Position numbers and translations under genes: made by a program. A model generated the notes under the pieces. That model was not told where the DNA came from and made no database searches. It was given only the letters and a program-made list of their open reading frames with translations. This document shows positions 18,066-27,611 of a stretch of DNA of 64,000 nt, one piece after another; positions within the stretch are counted from its first letter, which is position 1; each line of letters starts with the position of its first letter. Origin of the DNA: Sphingomicrobium sp. (lineage in GTDB: Bacteria; Pseudomonadota; Alphaproteobacteria; Sphingomonadales; Sphingomonadaceae); the NCBI GenBank assembly GCA_035699505.1, contig DASSPS010000045.1, positions 731 through 64,730 on the forward strand, written 5' to 3'.

Positions 18066-19075
18066 GCGAAGCGCGCGAAATGCGGGTTGTTTCCGGAATC
18101 CAGCCGACCGGCGGGCTGCACCTGGGCAATTTGCTGGGGGCCATCCTGCGCTGGGTGCGAATGCAGGATGAGGCGCACTGCCTTTTCTTCCTCGCCGACC
18201 TTCACGCGCTTACCGTGGATGTTCCGCCCGACGAGCTTCGGTCCAATGTCCGCGAAATGGCCGCGGCGCTGATCGCCAGCGGCATCGATCCGGCAAAATC
18301 GATCCTGTTCAGCCACAGCGCCGTCCCCGCCCATGCCGAAATGGCCTGGCTGCTCGGCTGCACGGCGCGGATGGGCTGGCTCAACCGGATGACCCAGTTC
18401 AAGGAGAAATCCGGCAAGCATCGCGAAGGCGCGTCGGTCGGCCTTTTCACCTATCCAGTGCTTCAGGCGGCCGACATCCTTTTGTATCAGGCGACCCATG
18501 TGCCGGTCGGCGAAGACCAGAAGCAGCATATCGAGCTGGCCCGCGACATCGCCATCAAGTTCAACAATGACTTCGACACCGAGCTGTTCGTTCCGCCCGA
18601 GCCGTTCATCGGCGGCGGCACGGCGGCGCGGGTCATGAGCCTTCGCGATGGAAGGTCGAAGATGAGCAAGTCCGACCCGTCGGACATGAGCCGGGTCAAC
18701 CTGACCGACGACGACGACACGATCGCGCAGAAGATTCGCAAGGCGAAGACCGACCCCGAGCCGCTGCCGGACGATCCGGCGCTGCTCGCCGACCGGCCCG
18801 AAGCGAGGAATTTGGTGGGCATTTACGCGGCCGCCACCGGCGATTCGGACCAAGCGGTGCTGGCGCGTTTCGCTGGCCAGGGGTTCGGCGCCTTCAAGCC
18901 GGCGCTGGCCGACGCGCTGGTCGCGCTGGTTGCGCCGTTGAGGCGAAAATTGATCGACTTGCGGGCGAACCCGGAAGAAATCGACCGGCAACTGGCGGCG
19001 GGCGCGGAACAAGCCCAGCGCCTCGCCGGACCGACGCTGGCCGCGGCCTATCGCGCGGTCGGCCTGACCCGTTAA
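18062..19075 (+). CDS. trpS: tryptophan--tRNA ligase
   Basis: Class I aaRS motifs ([18 protein letters not shown]). It overlaps the murJ stop. Confidence 0.95.
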   Translation: MSEAREMRVVSGIQPTGGLHLGNLLGAILRWVRMQDEAHCLFFLADLHALTVDVPPDELRSNVREMAAALIASGIDPAKSILFSHSAVPAHAEMAWLLGCTARMGWLNRMTQFKEKSGKHREGASVGLFTYPVLQAADILLYQATHVPVGEDQKQHIELARDIAIKFNNDFDTELFVPPEPFIGGGTAARVMSLRDGRSKMSKSDPSDMSRVNLTDDDDTIAQKIRKAKTDPEPLPDDPALLADRPEARNLVGIYAAATGDSDQAVLARFAGQGFGAFKPALADALVALVAPLRRKLIDLRANPEEIDRQLAAGAEQAQRLAGPTLAAAYRAVGLTR

Positions 19076-19160
19076 TTCAACGCTTCATCGACAGTTCAGC
19101 CGATCGGTGACATAACTCCCCGACTTTCCACGGGAAATTTCAATCCGAGTCGAGGGCGTT

Positions 19161-19904
19161 ATGAACAGAATCACGAAAATTGGCGGTGCGCTCTTGCTGG
19201 GCGCCAGCGCGATCGTCCTGTCGGGCTGCGCCACCAGCCTGCCGACGCAAGTCACCCGCTTCCAGTCGATGCCGGCGCCGTCCGGCCAGACTTTCTATGT
19301 AGTCCCGGCCAGCGGCGGACCGGCCGGGCTCGAATTCGGCCAATATGCGGCGCTTGTATCGCACCAACTCGCCGCCAGGGGTTATCGGCCGGCCGGCGCG
19401 CCGCAGCTCGCCGACATGCTGGTCAAGGTAAGCTATGACATCGACCAGGACGTTGACTACCGGGTCGATCCGATTGCCCGGTCGCGCATGTACGATCCGT
19501 TCTACCGGCGCGGCTTCTACGATCCGTTCTGGGGCGTGACCTACGGCCAGCCTTATTATTCGCGCTACGGCGGGTACGGACGTTACCGCGACCCGTTCTA
19601 TTACGGCTGGGGCGATCCGTTTTTCGGCGGATATGGCGGCTTTGGCGGTTACGGGCGCCGGATCGATGGCTACAATCAGTGGGGCGAGCCGGTTCGCGCC
19701 TACAAGGTGTTCGAATCCGAGCTGGACATGAACATCGTCCGCCGCGCCGACAATCAGCCCCTGTTCGAAGGCAAGGCGAGAGCCCGGTCGGCGACGAGCG
19801 AGACCGGTGTCATCGTCCCCAATCTGATCGAGGCGATGTTCACCGGCTTCCCGGGACGCAGCGGGGAGACTGTCAAGATCACCATCCCGGCGCGCAAGAA
19901 TTAG
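19161..19904 (+). CDS. lipoprotein, DUF4136-like, with an aromatic/Gly-rich insert
   Basis: Signal peptide plus lipobox LSGC. The N- and C-terminal parts resemble DUF4136. The central region has DPF[YWF] repeats and GYGG runs. Confidence 0.7.
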   Translation: MNRITKIGGALLLGASAIVLSGCATSLPTQVTRFQSMPAPSGQTFYVVPASGGPAGLEFGQYAALVSHQLAARGYRPAGAPQLADMLVKVSYDIDQDVDYRVDPIARSRMYDPFYRRGFYDPFWGVTYGQPYYSRYGGYGRYRDPFYYGWGDPFFGGYGGFGGYGRRIDGYNQWGEPVRAYKVFESELDMNIVRRADNQPLFEGKARARSATSETGVIVPNLIEAMFTGFPGRSGETVKITIPARKN

Positions 19905-19931
19905 CCGCGAGGATCAGGAAGAGGGCAGAGA

Positions 19932-19960
19932 AGGCCCGGTCGGACATCCCGGCCGGGCCT
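19932..19960. terminator. hairpin between convergent genes (possible bidirectional terminator)
   Basis: aggcccggtcgg-acatc-ccggccgggcct, a 12-bp stem with one G-T pair. It lacks a strong T-run. Confidence 0.4.
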
Positions 19961-19982
19961 CTTAATGTCGTACCGAGGGAAT

Positions 19983-21389
19983 TCAGCCTTCGAGCTGCCT
20001 TGTCAGCAGCCGGATGTCGGCGTCGAGCTCCGAGTCCTGGGCGCGCAACTTCTCGATCTGGCGGACGGCGTGGATGACCGTTGTGTGATCCCGGCCACCG
20101 AACCGACGGCCGATGTCGGGGAGCGACTTGGGAGTCAGCTGCTTCGAAAGATACATGGCCACCTGCCGCGGGCGGGCGACTTCGCGGGCTCGGCGGGCAG
20201 AGGTCATCTCGGCCTTGCGGATCCGGTAATGCTCGGCGACCTGGGTCTGGATCTCGTCGATCGAGATGCGACGCTGGTTGGCGCGCAGCACATTGGCCAG
20301 GACTTCCTCGACGAAGGCGACGTCGATCGGCCGGCCGGTCATCATCGCATAAGCGGCGATGCGGTTGAGCGCGCCCTCCAACTCGCGGACGCTGGAGGTG
20401 ACGCGGCGGGCGAGGAACTCGACGACATTGCGCGGCATCTCGACGCCCGGAAGCGCCTGCAGCTTGGCTTCGATGATGTTGAATCGCAGTTCGAAGTCGG
20501 CGGCATTGATGTCGGCGACCAGGCCCCACGACAGGCGGGAGAGGATGCGCGGGGCGATCCCGTCCAGATCCTGCGGCGCGCGGTCCGAAGTGATCACCAG
20601 CCGGCGGCCAGCGGTGATGATCTCGTTCATCGTGTGGAAAAATTCTTCCTGTGTCGAATCCTTGCCGGCGATGAACTGGACGTCGTCGATCAGCAGGAGA
20701 TCGGCACTGCGAAGCCGGCTCTTGAAACCGATCGTGTCATTTTCCTTTAGAGCCCGGATGAACTCGACCATGAACTTTTCGGCCGACATCGAGACTACCC
20801 GGCTGCCAGGGTGACGGTCGAGGAAGGCATGGCCAATCGCGTGCAGCAGATGGGTCTTGCCGCGCCCGGTGCCGCCATGAATGAACAGGGGGTTGAAGCT
20901 GACCGAGGCCGCCGTCGCCAGGGTCCGCGCAGCAGTGGCGGCAACCTCGTTCGCCTTGCCGACGATAAAGGTTTCGAAGCGATAGCGCGGATCGAAGTTG
21001 GGCGCCGAGGGGTCGCGTTCCCGGCTCTTTTGCGCCGCGTCTTCTTCCAGGATCAGCAGCGGCGACGGGCGCGGCGCGTCAGCCGCCGCCACGACCTTGA
21101 CGTCGCGGACGATCGGCAAGGCCGATTTCCATGCCAGCGCCAGCCGGTCGCCGAAATGCGAACGAACCCAATCGGCCATGAACTGGCTTGGCATGGATAT
21201 GTCGAGCGACCCCGAGTCGGGATCGAAGGCGCCAAGCGCCGCCGGCTTCAGCCAGCCATCGAAGGTGCGGGCGCCAAGGTCTCGGCGGAGCCCGACTCGA
21301 ATGGATTCCCAGGCAGCTTCAAGCGGCGCGGCGATCGGGCGATCGACCAATTGCTGGCACGACTCTGTCCGTCCGCCCTGCACTGGCAA
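19983..21389 (-). CDS. dnaA: chromosomal replication initiator protein DnaA
   Basis: 468 aa with AAA+ Walker A GGTGRGKTHLLHAIG and a C-terminal DnaA-box-binding helix-turn-helix (...GGRDHTTVIHAVRQIE). Confidence 0.97.
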   Translation of the reverse strand: MPVQGGRTESCQQLVDRPIAAPLEAAWESIRVGLRRDLGARTFDGWLKPAALGAFDPDSGSLDISMPSQFMADWVRSHFGDRLALAWKSALPIVRDVKVVAAADAPRPSPLLILEEDAAQKSRERDPSAPNFDPRYRFETFIVGKANEVAATAARTLATAASVSFNPLFIHGGTGRGKTHLLHAIGHAFLDRHPGSRVVSMSAEKFMVEFIRALKENDTIGFKSRLRSADLLLIDDVQFIAGKDSTQEEFFHTMNEIITAGRRLVITSDRAPQDLDGIAPRILSRLSWGLVADINAADFELRFNIIEAKLQALPGVEMPRNVVEFLARRVTSSVRELEGALNRIAAYAMMTGRPIDVAFVEEVLANVLRANQRRISIDEIQTQVAEHYRIRKAEMTSARRAREVARPRQVAMYLSKQLTPKSLPDIGRRFGGRDHTTVIHAVRQIEKLRAQDSELDADIRLLTRQLEG

Positions 21390-21688
21390 TCGCCTCCTTT
21401 AGAAAATGCCCCCAAAACCTTCAGGCAAAACGAAAGCGTTGCGCTGGACAATTGTCCTTGGCGCCATACGCTGCCTTTCCTTCTGGCCCCCCGGCACGGA
21501 TTCGTGCCCGGGTCTTCGTTTCTGGGATTGTCGGGCCAAGCAATCAAGTGCCAATTTTTCGCAAAAGTGAAATAAACAGCCTTGACACTGGAATCCCTAG
21601 GAAAGGCGTGAAAAGGTACGGAAATCCGCCACTTTAAAGTTCAAGTTTCGTTAAACGTGGCAGCGAATCGCGGGAAATGCTGGATTTT

Positions 21689-21697
21689 TGTGGATTG
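21689..21697. promoter_or_regulatory. candidate DnaA box (TGTGGATTG)
   Basis: The reverse complement CAATCCACA matches 7 of 9 positions of TTATCCACA. It lies in the AT-richer rpsT-dnaA intergenic region. Confidence 0.3.
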
Positions 21698-21721
21698 CCC
21701 ATTTCGACGCCGAACCGACCC

Positions 21722-21760
21722 CAAAATGCAACAGGCCGCCGGTTGATCGGCGACCTGTTC
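21722..21760 (-). terminator. rpsT intrinsic terminator
   Basis: On the minus strand: aacaggtcgccg-atcaac-cggcggcctgtt, followed by gcatttt. Confidence 0.6.
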
Positions 21761-21786
21761 AAAAGCGAGACAAGTTCGATTCGGGA

Positions 21787-22050
21787 TCAGCCGAGCGCGG
21801 CGACCCGCCTGGACAGTCGAGCGAACTTCCGCGACGCCGTATTCTTGTGAATCACGCCGCGAGCGACACCCCGGAACAACTCCGGCTGCGCCTTCTTCAG
21901 CGCATCGGCGGCATCGGCCTTTTTGCCAGACGCCAGCGCCGACTCGACCTCCTTGATGGTGGTGCGAATGCGGCTGATGCGCGAATGATTGATCTCGGCC
22001 CGCTTGTTGTTGCGGCGGATCCGCTTTTTGGCTTGCGGCGTGTTCGCCAT
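21787..22050 (-). CDS. rpsT: 30S ribosomal protein S20
   Basis: [30 protein letters not shown]... Confidence 0.96.
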   Translation of the reverse strand: MANTPQAKKRIRRNNKRAEINHSRISRIRTTIKEVESALASGKKADAADALKKAQPELFRGVARGVIHKNTASRKFARLSRRVAALG

Positions 22051-22147
22051 CTAAAAACCTCTAAATGTCTCGGCTCAATGAAAAAGCGGCGCAAGGCCTG
22101 GGGCCGCGCCGACACGGTCGCTCCCCTACCTACAGAGGGCCGTAAGG

Positions 22148-22954
22148 TCAATGCTGGCATTTGGGACAATAGAAGGTCGATCGCCCGCCCTGGACGATTC
22201 GCCGCACGGTCCCGCCCTTGCCGCAGGGCTTCCCTTCCCGGTCATAGACGGCGAACTGCTTGGAAAAATAACCGAGCGTGCCGTCGGGACTGACGAAATC
22301 GCGAAGGCTCGATCCGCCGGCGGCGATCGCTCCGTCCAGAACCTGGCCGATCGCCAGGGTCAGGCGCCGCAAGCGCAGCAAGGACAACGACCCTGCCGGC
22401 CGCGCCGGATGGATTCCGGAATGGTATAGGGCCTCACAGGCGTAGATATTGCCCAGGCCGGCGACGATTCGCTGGTCTAGCAGGAGCGCCTTGATCGGCG
22501 CCGAGCGGCCTTTGAACCGGGACCGAAGCCATGTCGGATCGAGCTTGAACGGCTCCGGCCCCAACGCGAGGAAGGGCGGCCATTCGTCGAGCTGCGCGGT
22601 TGGTACCAGGTCGAGCGTGCCGAAGCGGCGGGCGTCATTCAGGGTCAGGCGACGCCCCTCGTCCGTGCGGATCACCAAATGATCGTGCGGGTCAAGTTCG
22701 GCGGGGTCGATCCGCCAATGTCCCGACATGCCGAGATGGAAGACGAGCGTGTCGCCGCGGTCGGTGGCGATCAGGCCATATTTGGCGCGGCGCCCAAGGT
22801 CGGTGATCCGGGCGCCTGTCAGCCGCTGGCCGAGGTCGTCGGGAATGGCGCGGCGCAGGTCGGCCCGACGCGGCTCGACCCTGGTCAGCCGGCGCCCCTT
22901 CAGAACAGCCTCGAGGCCGCGGACCGTGGTTTCGACTTCGGGGAGCTCGGGCAT
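22148..22954 (-). CDS. mutM: formamidopyrimidine-DNA glycosylase
   Basis: N-terminal MPELPEVE and a C-terminal zinc finger (CGKGG...YCPKCQ). Confidence 0.95.
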   Translation of the reverse strand: MPELPEVETTVRGLEAVLKGRRLTRVEPRRADLRRAIPDDLGQRLTGARITDLGRRAKYGLIATDRGDTLVFHLGMSGHWRIDPAELDPHDHLVIRTDEGRRLTLNDARRFGTLDLVPTAQLDEWPPFLALGPEPFKLDPTWLRSRFKGRSAPIKALLLDQRIVAGLGNIYACEALYHSGIHPARPAGSLSLLRLRRLTLAIGQVLDGAIAAGGSSLRDFVSPDGTLGYFSKQFAVYDREGKPCGKGGTVRRIVQGGRSTFYCPKCQH

Positions 22955-23002
22955 GCCCGGGCGTATGGCGAAGGGCAGCCAAGCCCGCTAGAGGCGGCGG
23001 CG

Positions 23003-23731
23003 ATGGACAAGGTCAATTTCGGCGACGAGCTGGTTACCCCGGAAGAAAAGACGCGCCGCGTCGGCGCGGTCTTCACTTCCGTCGCGCGCCGCTACGATTT
23101 GATGAACGACCTCATGTCGGGCGGCATGCACCGGCTGTGGAAGGACCGGTTCGTCAGCCGGGTGAAGCCCCGGTGCGGCGAGCAGATCCTCGACATGGCG
23201 GGCGGGACCGGCGACATCGCCTTCCGGATGGCGCGCCGGGGAGCGGCGGTCACCGTGTCCGACATCAATGCCGACATGCTCGGCGTCGGCGAGGAAAGAG
23301 CGCAGGAACGCGGCGTCAGCGGACTGACCTGGAAGCAGGAGGATGCCGAGCGCCTGAGCTTTTCGGACGGCAGTTTCGACGCCTACACGATCGCCTTCGG
23401 AATCCGGAACGTGACCGACATTCCGGGGGCGCTCCGCGAAGCGCACCGGGTTCTGAAGCGGGGCGGCCGCTTCTTCTGCCTTGAGTTCTCGACTAGCGAA
23501 TGGCCGGGGTTCGGCAAGGCCTATGAACTTTACTCGGAAAAGGTGATTCCCAAGGTCGGCAAGGCGGTCGCCGATGACGAGGACAGCTATCGCTATCTCG
23601 TCGAATCCATCCGCCGCTTCCCGAAGCCCGAGCCGTTCAGGCGAATGATCGCCGAAGCGGGATTCGCCTGGACGGCCGCCGAACCGATGCTTGGCGGCCT
23701 TGTCTGCATTCACAGCGGCTGGAAAATCTGA
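23003..23731 (+). CDS. ubiE: ubiquinone/menaquinone biosynthesis C-methyltransferase UbiE
   Basis: ...VFTSVARRYDLMNDLMSGGMHRLWK...LDMAGGTGD.... The start is ATG 23003. Confidence 0.94.
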   Translation: MDKVNFGDELVTPEEKTRRVGAVFTSVARRYDLMNDLMSGGMHRLWKDRFVSRVKPRCGEQILDMAGGTGDIAFRMARRGAAVTVSDINADMLGVGEERAQERGVSGLTWKQEDAERLSFSDGSFDAYTIAFGIRNVTDIPGALREAHRVLKRGGRFFCLEFSTSEWPGFGKAYELYSEKVIPKVGKAVADDEDSYRYLVESIRRFPKPEPFRRMIAEAGFAWTAAEPMLGGLVCIHSGWKI

Positions 23732-25310
23732 TGGCCCGAGCCAGCGCGTCCGGCTGCCGGAGCGGCATGGCTTGACGACGTCGGCAACCCACCTGTGGCG
23801 GCTCTTCAAGTGGGGCCGGACGCTTGCCCGCCACGGCGCCCTTGTCGGCATCGCGCAGGACCCGCTGACCCCGCCGCCCGTCCGTCGGCTGGTCAAGCTG
23901 GTCAGCCTTGGGGCGGGCGTTCCGGCGACCCCCGATTATGCCAAGGCATTGGCCGAGATCGGTCCAGCCGCAATCAAGCTTGGCCAGGCGCTGTCGACAC
24001 GGCCCGACCTTGTCGGCGAGAAAGCCGCGCTAAACCTGTCACAGCTTCAGGACGACCTGCCGCCCGCCCCCTTCCCCGCCATCCGCCGGATCATCGAAAC
24101 CTCGTTCGGAGCGCCGCTCGAGACGCTTTATTCCGAGTTCGACGAGAAGCCGGTCGGCGCAGCGTCGATCGCACAGGTTCACCGCGCGGTGACGACCGAG
24201 GGCCGGCCGGTCGCGGTCAAGGTTCTCCGGCCCGGGATCGAGGAAGAATTCGCCCAGGCGCTTGAGACCTATGACTGGGCGGCGGCGCATGTCGAACGCT
24301 ATGGCGGCGAGGCCGAGCGTCTGCGCCCGCGGCTGGTCGTCGCCCATTTCCGGCAATGGACCAACCGGGAGCTGGACTTGCAGCGCGAAGGCGCGTCAGC
24401 CTCCGAGTTGCGCGAGAATCTGGTCGCCGAGCCCGGTTATTACGTTCCGGAAATCGACTGGCGGCGCACCGCCCGGCGGGTCCTGACCCTGGAGTGGCTC
24501 GACGGGATCAAGCTCAATGACCGCGACGCGCTGATCGCCGGCGGCTACGACTGCAAGGCGTTGGCGGCCATCCTTGTGCGCGGCTTTCTTCGTCAGGCGG
24601 TAGTCGACGGATTTTTCCACGCCGATTTGCATCAGGGAAATCTATTCGCGCTGCCCGACAGCCGCATCGCCGTCATCGATTTCGGGATCATGGGACGAAT
24701 CGACCGCCGCGCCCGCATGTGGCTGGCCGAAATCCTCTACGGCCTGATCACCGGTGACTATCGCCGGGTCGCCGAAATCCATTTCGAGGCGCAATATGTG
24801 CCTTCGCACCATAGCATCGACGAGTTCGCGACCGCGCTTCGGGCAGCGGGCGAGCCCATCCGCGGCCTTCCGGTCAAGGACATCTCGGTTGGACGGATGC
24901 TGGAAAGCCTGTTTTCGATCACCCGCGACTTCGACATGCCGACGCAACCGCACCTGCTGCTGCTTCAGAAGACGATGGTGATGAACGAGGGCGTCGCCAC
25001 GAAGCTCGATCCGGACATCAACATGTGGGAGACCGCCGAGCCCTTCCTGCGCGAATGGCTGCGCGGCGAGCTTGGCCCCGAAGCCTATTATGCCGACCGG
25101 ATCATCGAGGTCGTCCAGGCCCTGAAGAAGATCCCGCGGCTGATCGACCGGATCGACCAATATTATCCGCCGTTCGGCGCCGCCCCGCCGCCGCCGCCGC
25201 TGCCCGAGGTCCATGTGATCGAGCGGCGTGGCTGGGGCGGCTACGCGCTGACCGCCATTGCCGCGGCCCTGGCTGGAGCGGCAACCGGAATAATCTGGCT
25301 GGTGGGATGA
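23691..25310 (+). CDS. ubiB: ubiquinone biosynthesis regulatory kinase-like protein UbiB (ABC1 family)
   Basis: ABC1/UbiB domain (IKLGQALSTRPDLVG..., ASIAQVHRA, HADLHQGNLF) with a C-terminal TM helix. The start is ATG 23691, which overlaps ubiE, or TTG 23772. Confidence 0.9.
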   Translation: MAALSAFTAAGKSDGPSQRVRLPERHGLTTSATHLWRLFKWGRTLARHGALVGIAQDPLTPPPVRRLVKLVSLGAGVPATPDYAKALAEIGPAAIKLGQALSTRPDLVGEKAALNLSQLQDDLPPAPFPAIRRIIETSFGAPLETLYSEFDEKPVGAASIAQVHRAVTTEGRPVAVKVLRPGIEEEFAQALETYDWAAAHVERYGGEAERLRPRLVVAHFRQWTNRELDLQREGASASELRENLVAEPGYYVPEIDWRRTARRVLTLEWLDGIKLNDRDALIAGGYDCKALAAILVRGFLRQAVVDGFFHADLHQGNLFALPDSRIAVIDFGIMGRIDRRARMWLAEILYGLITGDYRRVAEIHFEAQYVPSHHSIDEFATALRAAGEPIRGLPVKDISVGRMLESLFSITRDFDMPTQPHLLLLQKTMVMNEGVATKLDPDINMWETAEPFLREWLRGELGPEAYYADRIIEVVQALKKIPRLIDRIDQYYPPFGAAPPPPPLPEVHVIERRGWGGYALTAIAAALAGAATGIIWLVG

Positions 25311-25342
25311 TCGCGCCACGCGTTCGGTCGGGTATTAGGCGT

Positions 25343-27019
25343 ATGAAGCGTCTGCTGCTTGGATTATCGTTCCTGTCGATGACGATCACCCCACTTGCGG
25401 AAACCTCGGCCGCGGTGAAACCCGCCCCGGCCCCCGCGTCGTCCGGCCATCCGGCGCTTGTCGCCCTGTTTGCCGACTGGCGGGCGTTCAACCAGCCAGC
25501 CCTGGTCAAAGGCATCCCTGATTATTCGGCGGCGGCCATGGCGGCCAAGGCCGAACGGCTCCCCGAATTCAAAAGCCGGCTGGCGGCCTTCGACACCGCC
25601 GGCTGGACGGCCCGCGACCGGGGCGACTGGCGGCTGGTCCAGGCCGAGATGAACGGCCTGGACTTCTACATGCGAGTACTTCGGCCCTGGGCGCGCGATC
25701 CGGGATTTTACCTGACCGTCTTCCCCGACCTGAGCGATGTGCCAGCGCATGAGGGGACCTATGCCGAGCCGGTCGTCGACCTGTTCGCCTTTGCCTGGCC
25801 GTTGAGCCCGGCCGACGATGCCCGTCTTGCCACCCAGTTGGAGACGGTTGCGCCGCTGCTCGAGCAAGCGCGGACAAACCTGGCACAAAGCGATGCGCAT
25901 GACCTTTGGGCTTACGGCGGCCAAGGCTTCCTCGACCAGGCGAATGCGCTCGCCAGCCTCGAGCAGGGCAAGCTTGCCGTGCGCGATCTCGATGGTCATC
26001 GCCAAGCGTCGATCGAGGGCGCGTCGCCGCGATTGAAGCGCGCCGTCGCGCAAGCGCGCGAAGCGTCGACGTCGTTCGCCAAGTGGGTCAGCGCCGAAGC
26101 GCCGAAACGGACGGGCCCGTCGGGTGTCGGCAAAGAGCATTACAACTGGTACCTGAAGCACGTCCTCCTCAGCCCCTACAGCTTCGATGACCAGAAGGTG
26201 ATCCTCGAACGCGAACTTGAGCGATCGCTGGCATCCTTGCGGCTGGAGGAAGTGCGCAACCGGCGGCTGCCGCCGGCCGCCGAGGTCAGCGACCCTGCCG
26301 CCTTCGGCCGACTGGTCGAGCGACGCACCGACCAGCTTTACGCCTTGCTCGTCGACAGCGGGATGATTGCCGAGCGGCCCTATTTCCGAAAAGCGCTGGA
26401 GGCGCAGCGCTTCGGTTATACCGCCCCCGCCGACCGCAATTTCTTCAGCCATGTGAGCGCGCTCGACCCGGGCCCGCTGATGACCCATTTCGTACATTGG
26501 ATCGAGCTTGCCCGGCTGAAGCACGAGCCGCTTGCAAGCCCGATCCGGCAGGTGGCGCCGCTGTTCAACATCTACGCCGACCGATCCGAAGGCTATGCGA
26601 CGGCGATGGAAGAAATCGTCATGCAGGCCGGTTATTACGATGACGTGCCGCGTGGCCGCGAGGCAGTATGGATCATGCTCGCCAACCGGGCAGCGCGCGG
26701 GCTCGCCTCGCTTCGAGTCCAGGCCAATGAGATCGGGCTGGACGAAGCGGGCAAATTCCACGCGGCCTGGACCCCGCGCGGCTATTCGGACCCCGCCAGC
26801 CCATTGGTCGGCTTCGAGCAGGTGCTCTACCTGCGCCAGCCCGGCTATGGCCCGAGCTATATTGTCGGAAAGGCGGAGATCGACCGGCTTCTGGCGACCG
26901 CTTCGCACCGCTCCGAACTTCAGGGCAAGCCCTTCTCCGCCCGCGACTTCTTCGCGGCCTATTTCGCGTCCGGGATCGTTCCGCATGCGATCATCCAAGA
27001 CGAAATGACCGCCCAGTGA
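25343..27019 (+). CDS. DUF885 domain-containing secreted protein
   Basis: Signal peptide MKRLLLGLSFLSMTITPLAETSA. The size and sequence pattern are DUF885-like. The start is ATG 25343. Confidence 0.7.
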   Translation: MKRLLLGLSFLSMTITPLAETSAAVKPAPAPASSGHPALVALFADWRAFNQPALVKGIPDYSAAAMAAKAERLPEFKSRLAAFDTAGWTARDRGDWRLVQAEMNGLDFYMRVLRPWARDPGFYLTVFPDLSDVPAHEGTYAEPVVDLFAFAWPLSPADDARLATQLETVAPLLEQARTNLAQSDAHDLWAYGGQGFLDQANALASLEQGKLAVRDLDGHRQASIEGASPRLKRAVAQAREASTSFAKWVSAEAPKRTGPSGVGKEHYNWYLKHVLLSPYSFDDQKVILERELERSLASLRLEEVRNRRLPPAAEVSDPAAFGRLVERRTDQLYALLVDSGMIAERPYFRKALEAQRFGYTAPADRNFFSHVSALDPGPLMTHFVHWIELARLKHEPLASPIRQVAPLFNIYADRSEGYATAMEEIVMQAGYYDDVPRGREAVWIMLANRAARGLASLRVQANEIGLDEAGKFHAAWTPRGYSDPASPLVGFEQVLYLRQPGYGPSYIVGKAEIDRLLATASHRSELQGKPFSARDFFAAYFASGIVPHAIIQDEMTAQ

Positions 27020-27068
27020 GCGCGACCCGCTCGACTCGCTGCCTGTCGTGGCGCTAGGCGACACGGCC

Positions 27069-27611
27069 ATGGCGCGAGTGCTGCTCATCGTTGGCGGGGG
27101 GATTGCCGCCTACAAGGCGCTGGAACTGGTGCGCCTCTTGAAAAAGGCCGGCCACCAGGTCACCCCGGTGCTGACCAGGGGCGGCGAACATTTCGTGACG
27201 GCAATGAGCCTGGGCACGCTCGCCGAAAGCCTGGTCCACACGTCGCTGTGGGACCTGAAGGACGAGGTCGAGATCGGCCATATCCAGCTGTCCCGCGCCG
27301 CCGACATCGTGCTGGTCTGCCCGGCGACCGCCGACCTTCTCGCCAAGATGGCGGCGGGGATCGCCGACGATTTGGCGACCACCCTGCTTCTGGCGACCGA
27401 CAAGCCGGTGGTCGTCGCGCCGGCGATGAACGTCCGCATGTGGCTTCATGCCGCCACCCAGCGCAATATCGCCCAGCTCAAGGCCGACGGGGTCAGGGTC
27501 ATCGATCCGACCGAGGGCGAGATGGCGTGCGGCGAATATGGCCCGGGGCGGCTCGCCGAGCCGCAGGACATTTTCGACTGGATCAGCCGCGAGATGCTGG
27601 CCGGCAAGTGA
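27069..27611 (+). CDS. coaC: phosphopantothenoylcysteine decarboxylase domain (CoaC), encoded as a separate ORF
   Basis: Flavoprotein fold (VGGGIAAYKALELVRLL, PAMNVRMW, ACGEYGPGRL). It ends at TGA 27609-27611. Confidence 0.88.
   Translation: MARVLLIVGGGIAAYKALELVRLLKKAGHQVTPVLTRGGEHFVTAMSLGTLAESLVHTSLWDLKDEVEIGHIQLSRAADIVLVCPATADLLAKMAAGIADDLATTLLLATDKPVVVAPAMNVRMWLHAATQRNIAQLKADGVRVIDPTEGEMACGEYGPGRLAEPQDIFDWISREMLAGK

Noticed and set aside
21634-21654. Pair of TTAA motifs in the dnaA upstream region, considered as a CtrA box
   Set aside because: The spacing between the TTAA half-sites is 13 nt, not the 7 nt of TTAA-N7-TTAA.
21390-21786. Calling this region oriC
   Set aside because: It holds only one near-consensus DnaA box and no obvious DUE or box cluster. 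Alphaproteobacterial origins are often located away from dnaA, for example near hemE. GC skew would be needed and cannot be computed here.
21688-22293. 201-aa ORF on the plus strand
   Set aside because: It is antisense to rpsT and the 3' end of mutM, and it spans an intergenic region. There are no motifs.
23731-23775. ATG directly after the ubiE stop, considered as the ubiB start
   Set aside because: It is out of frame with the ABC1 domain and hits a TGA after 14 codons. ubiB must start at ATG 23691 or TTG 23772.
25364-27088. 574-aa ORF on the minus strand
   Set aside because: It is antisense to the DUF885 gene, whose signal peptide and family-like sequence support the plus strand.
27248-27607. 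Upstream extension of the coaB reading frame (ORF 27248-28243)
   Set aside because: The extension overlaps coaC in another frame and reads as Arg/Gly/Pro noise. Recognisable CoaB sequence starts only at GTG 27608.
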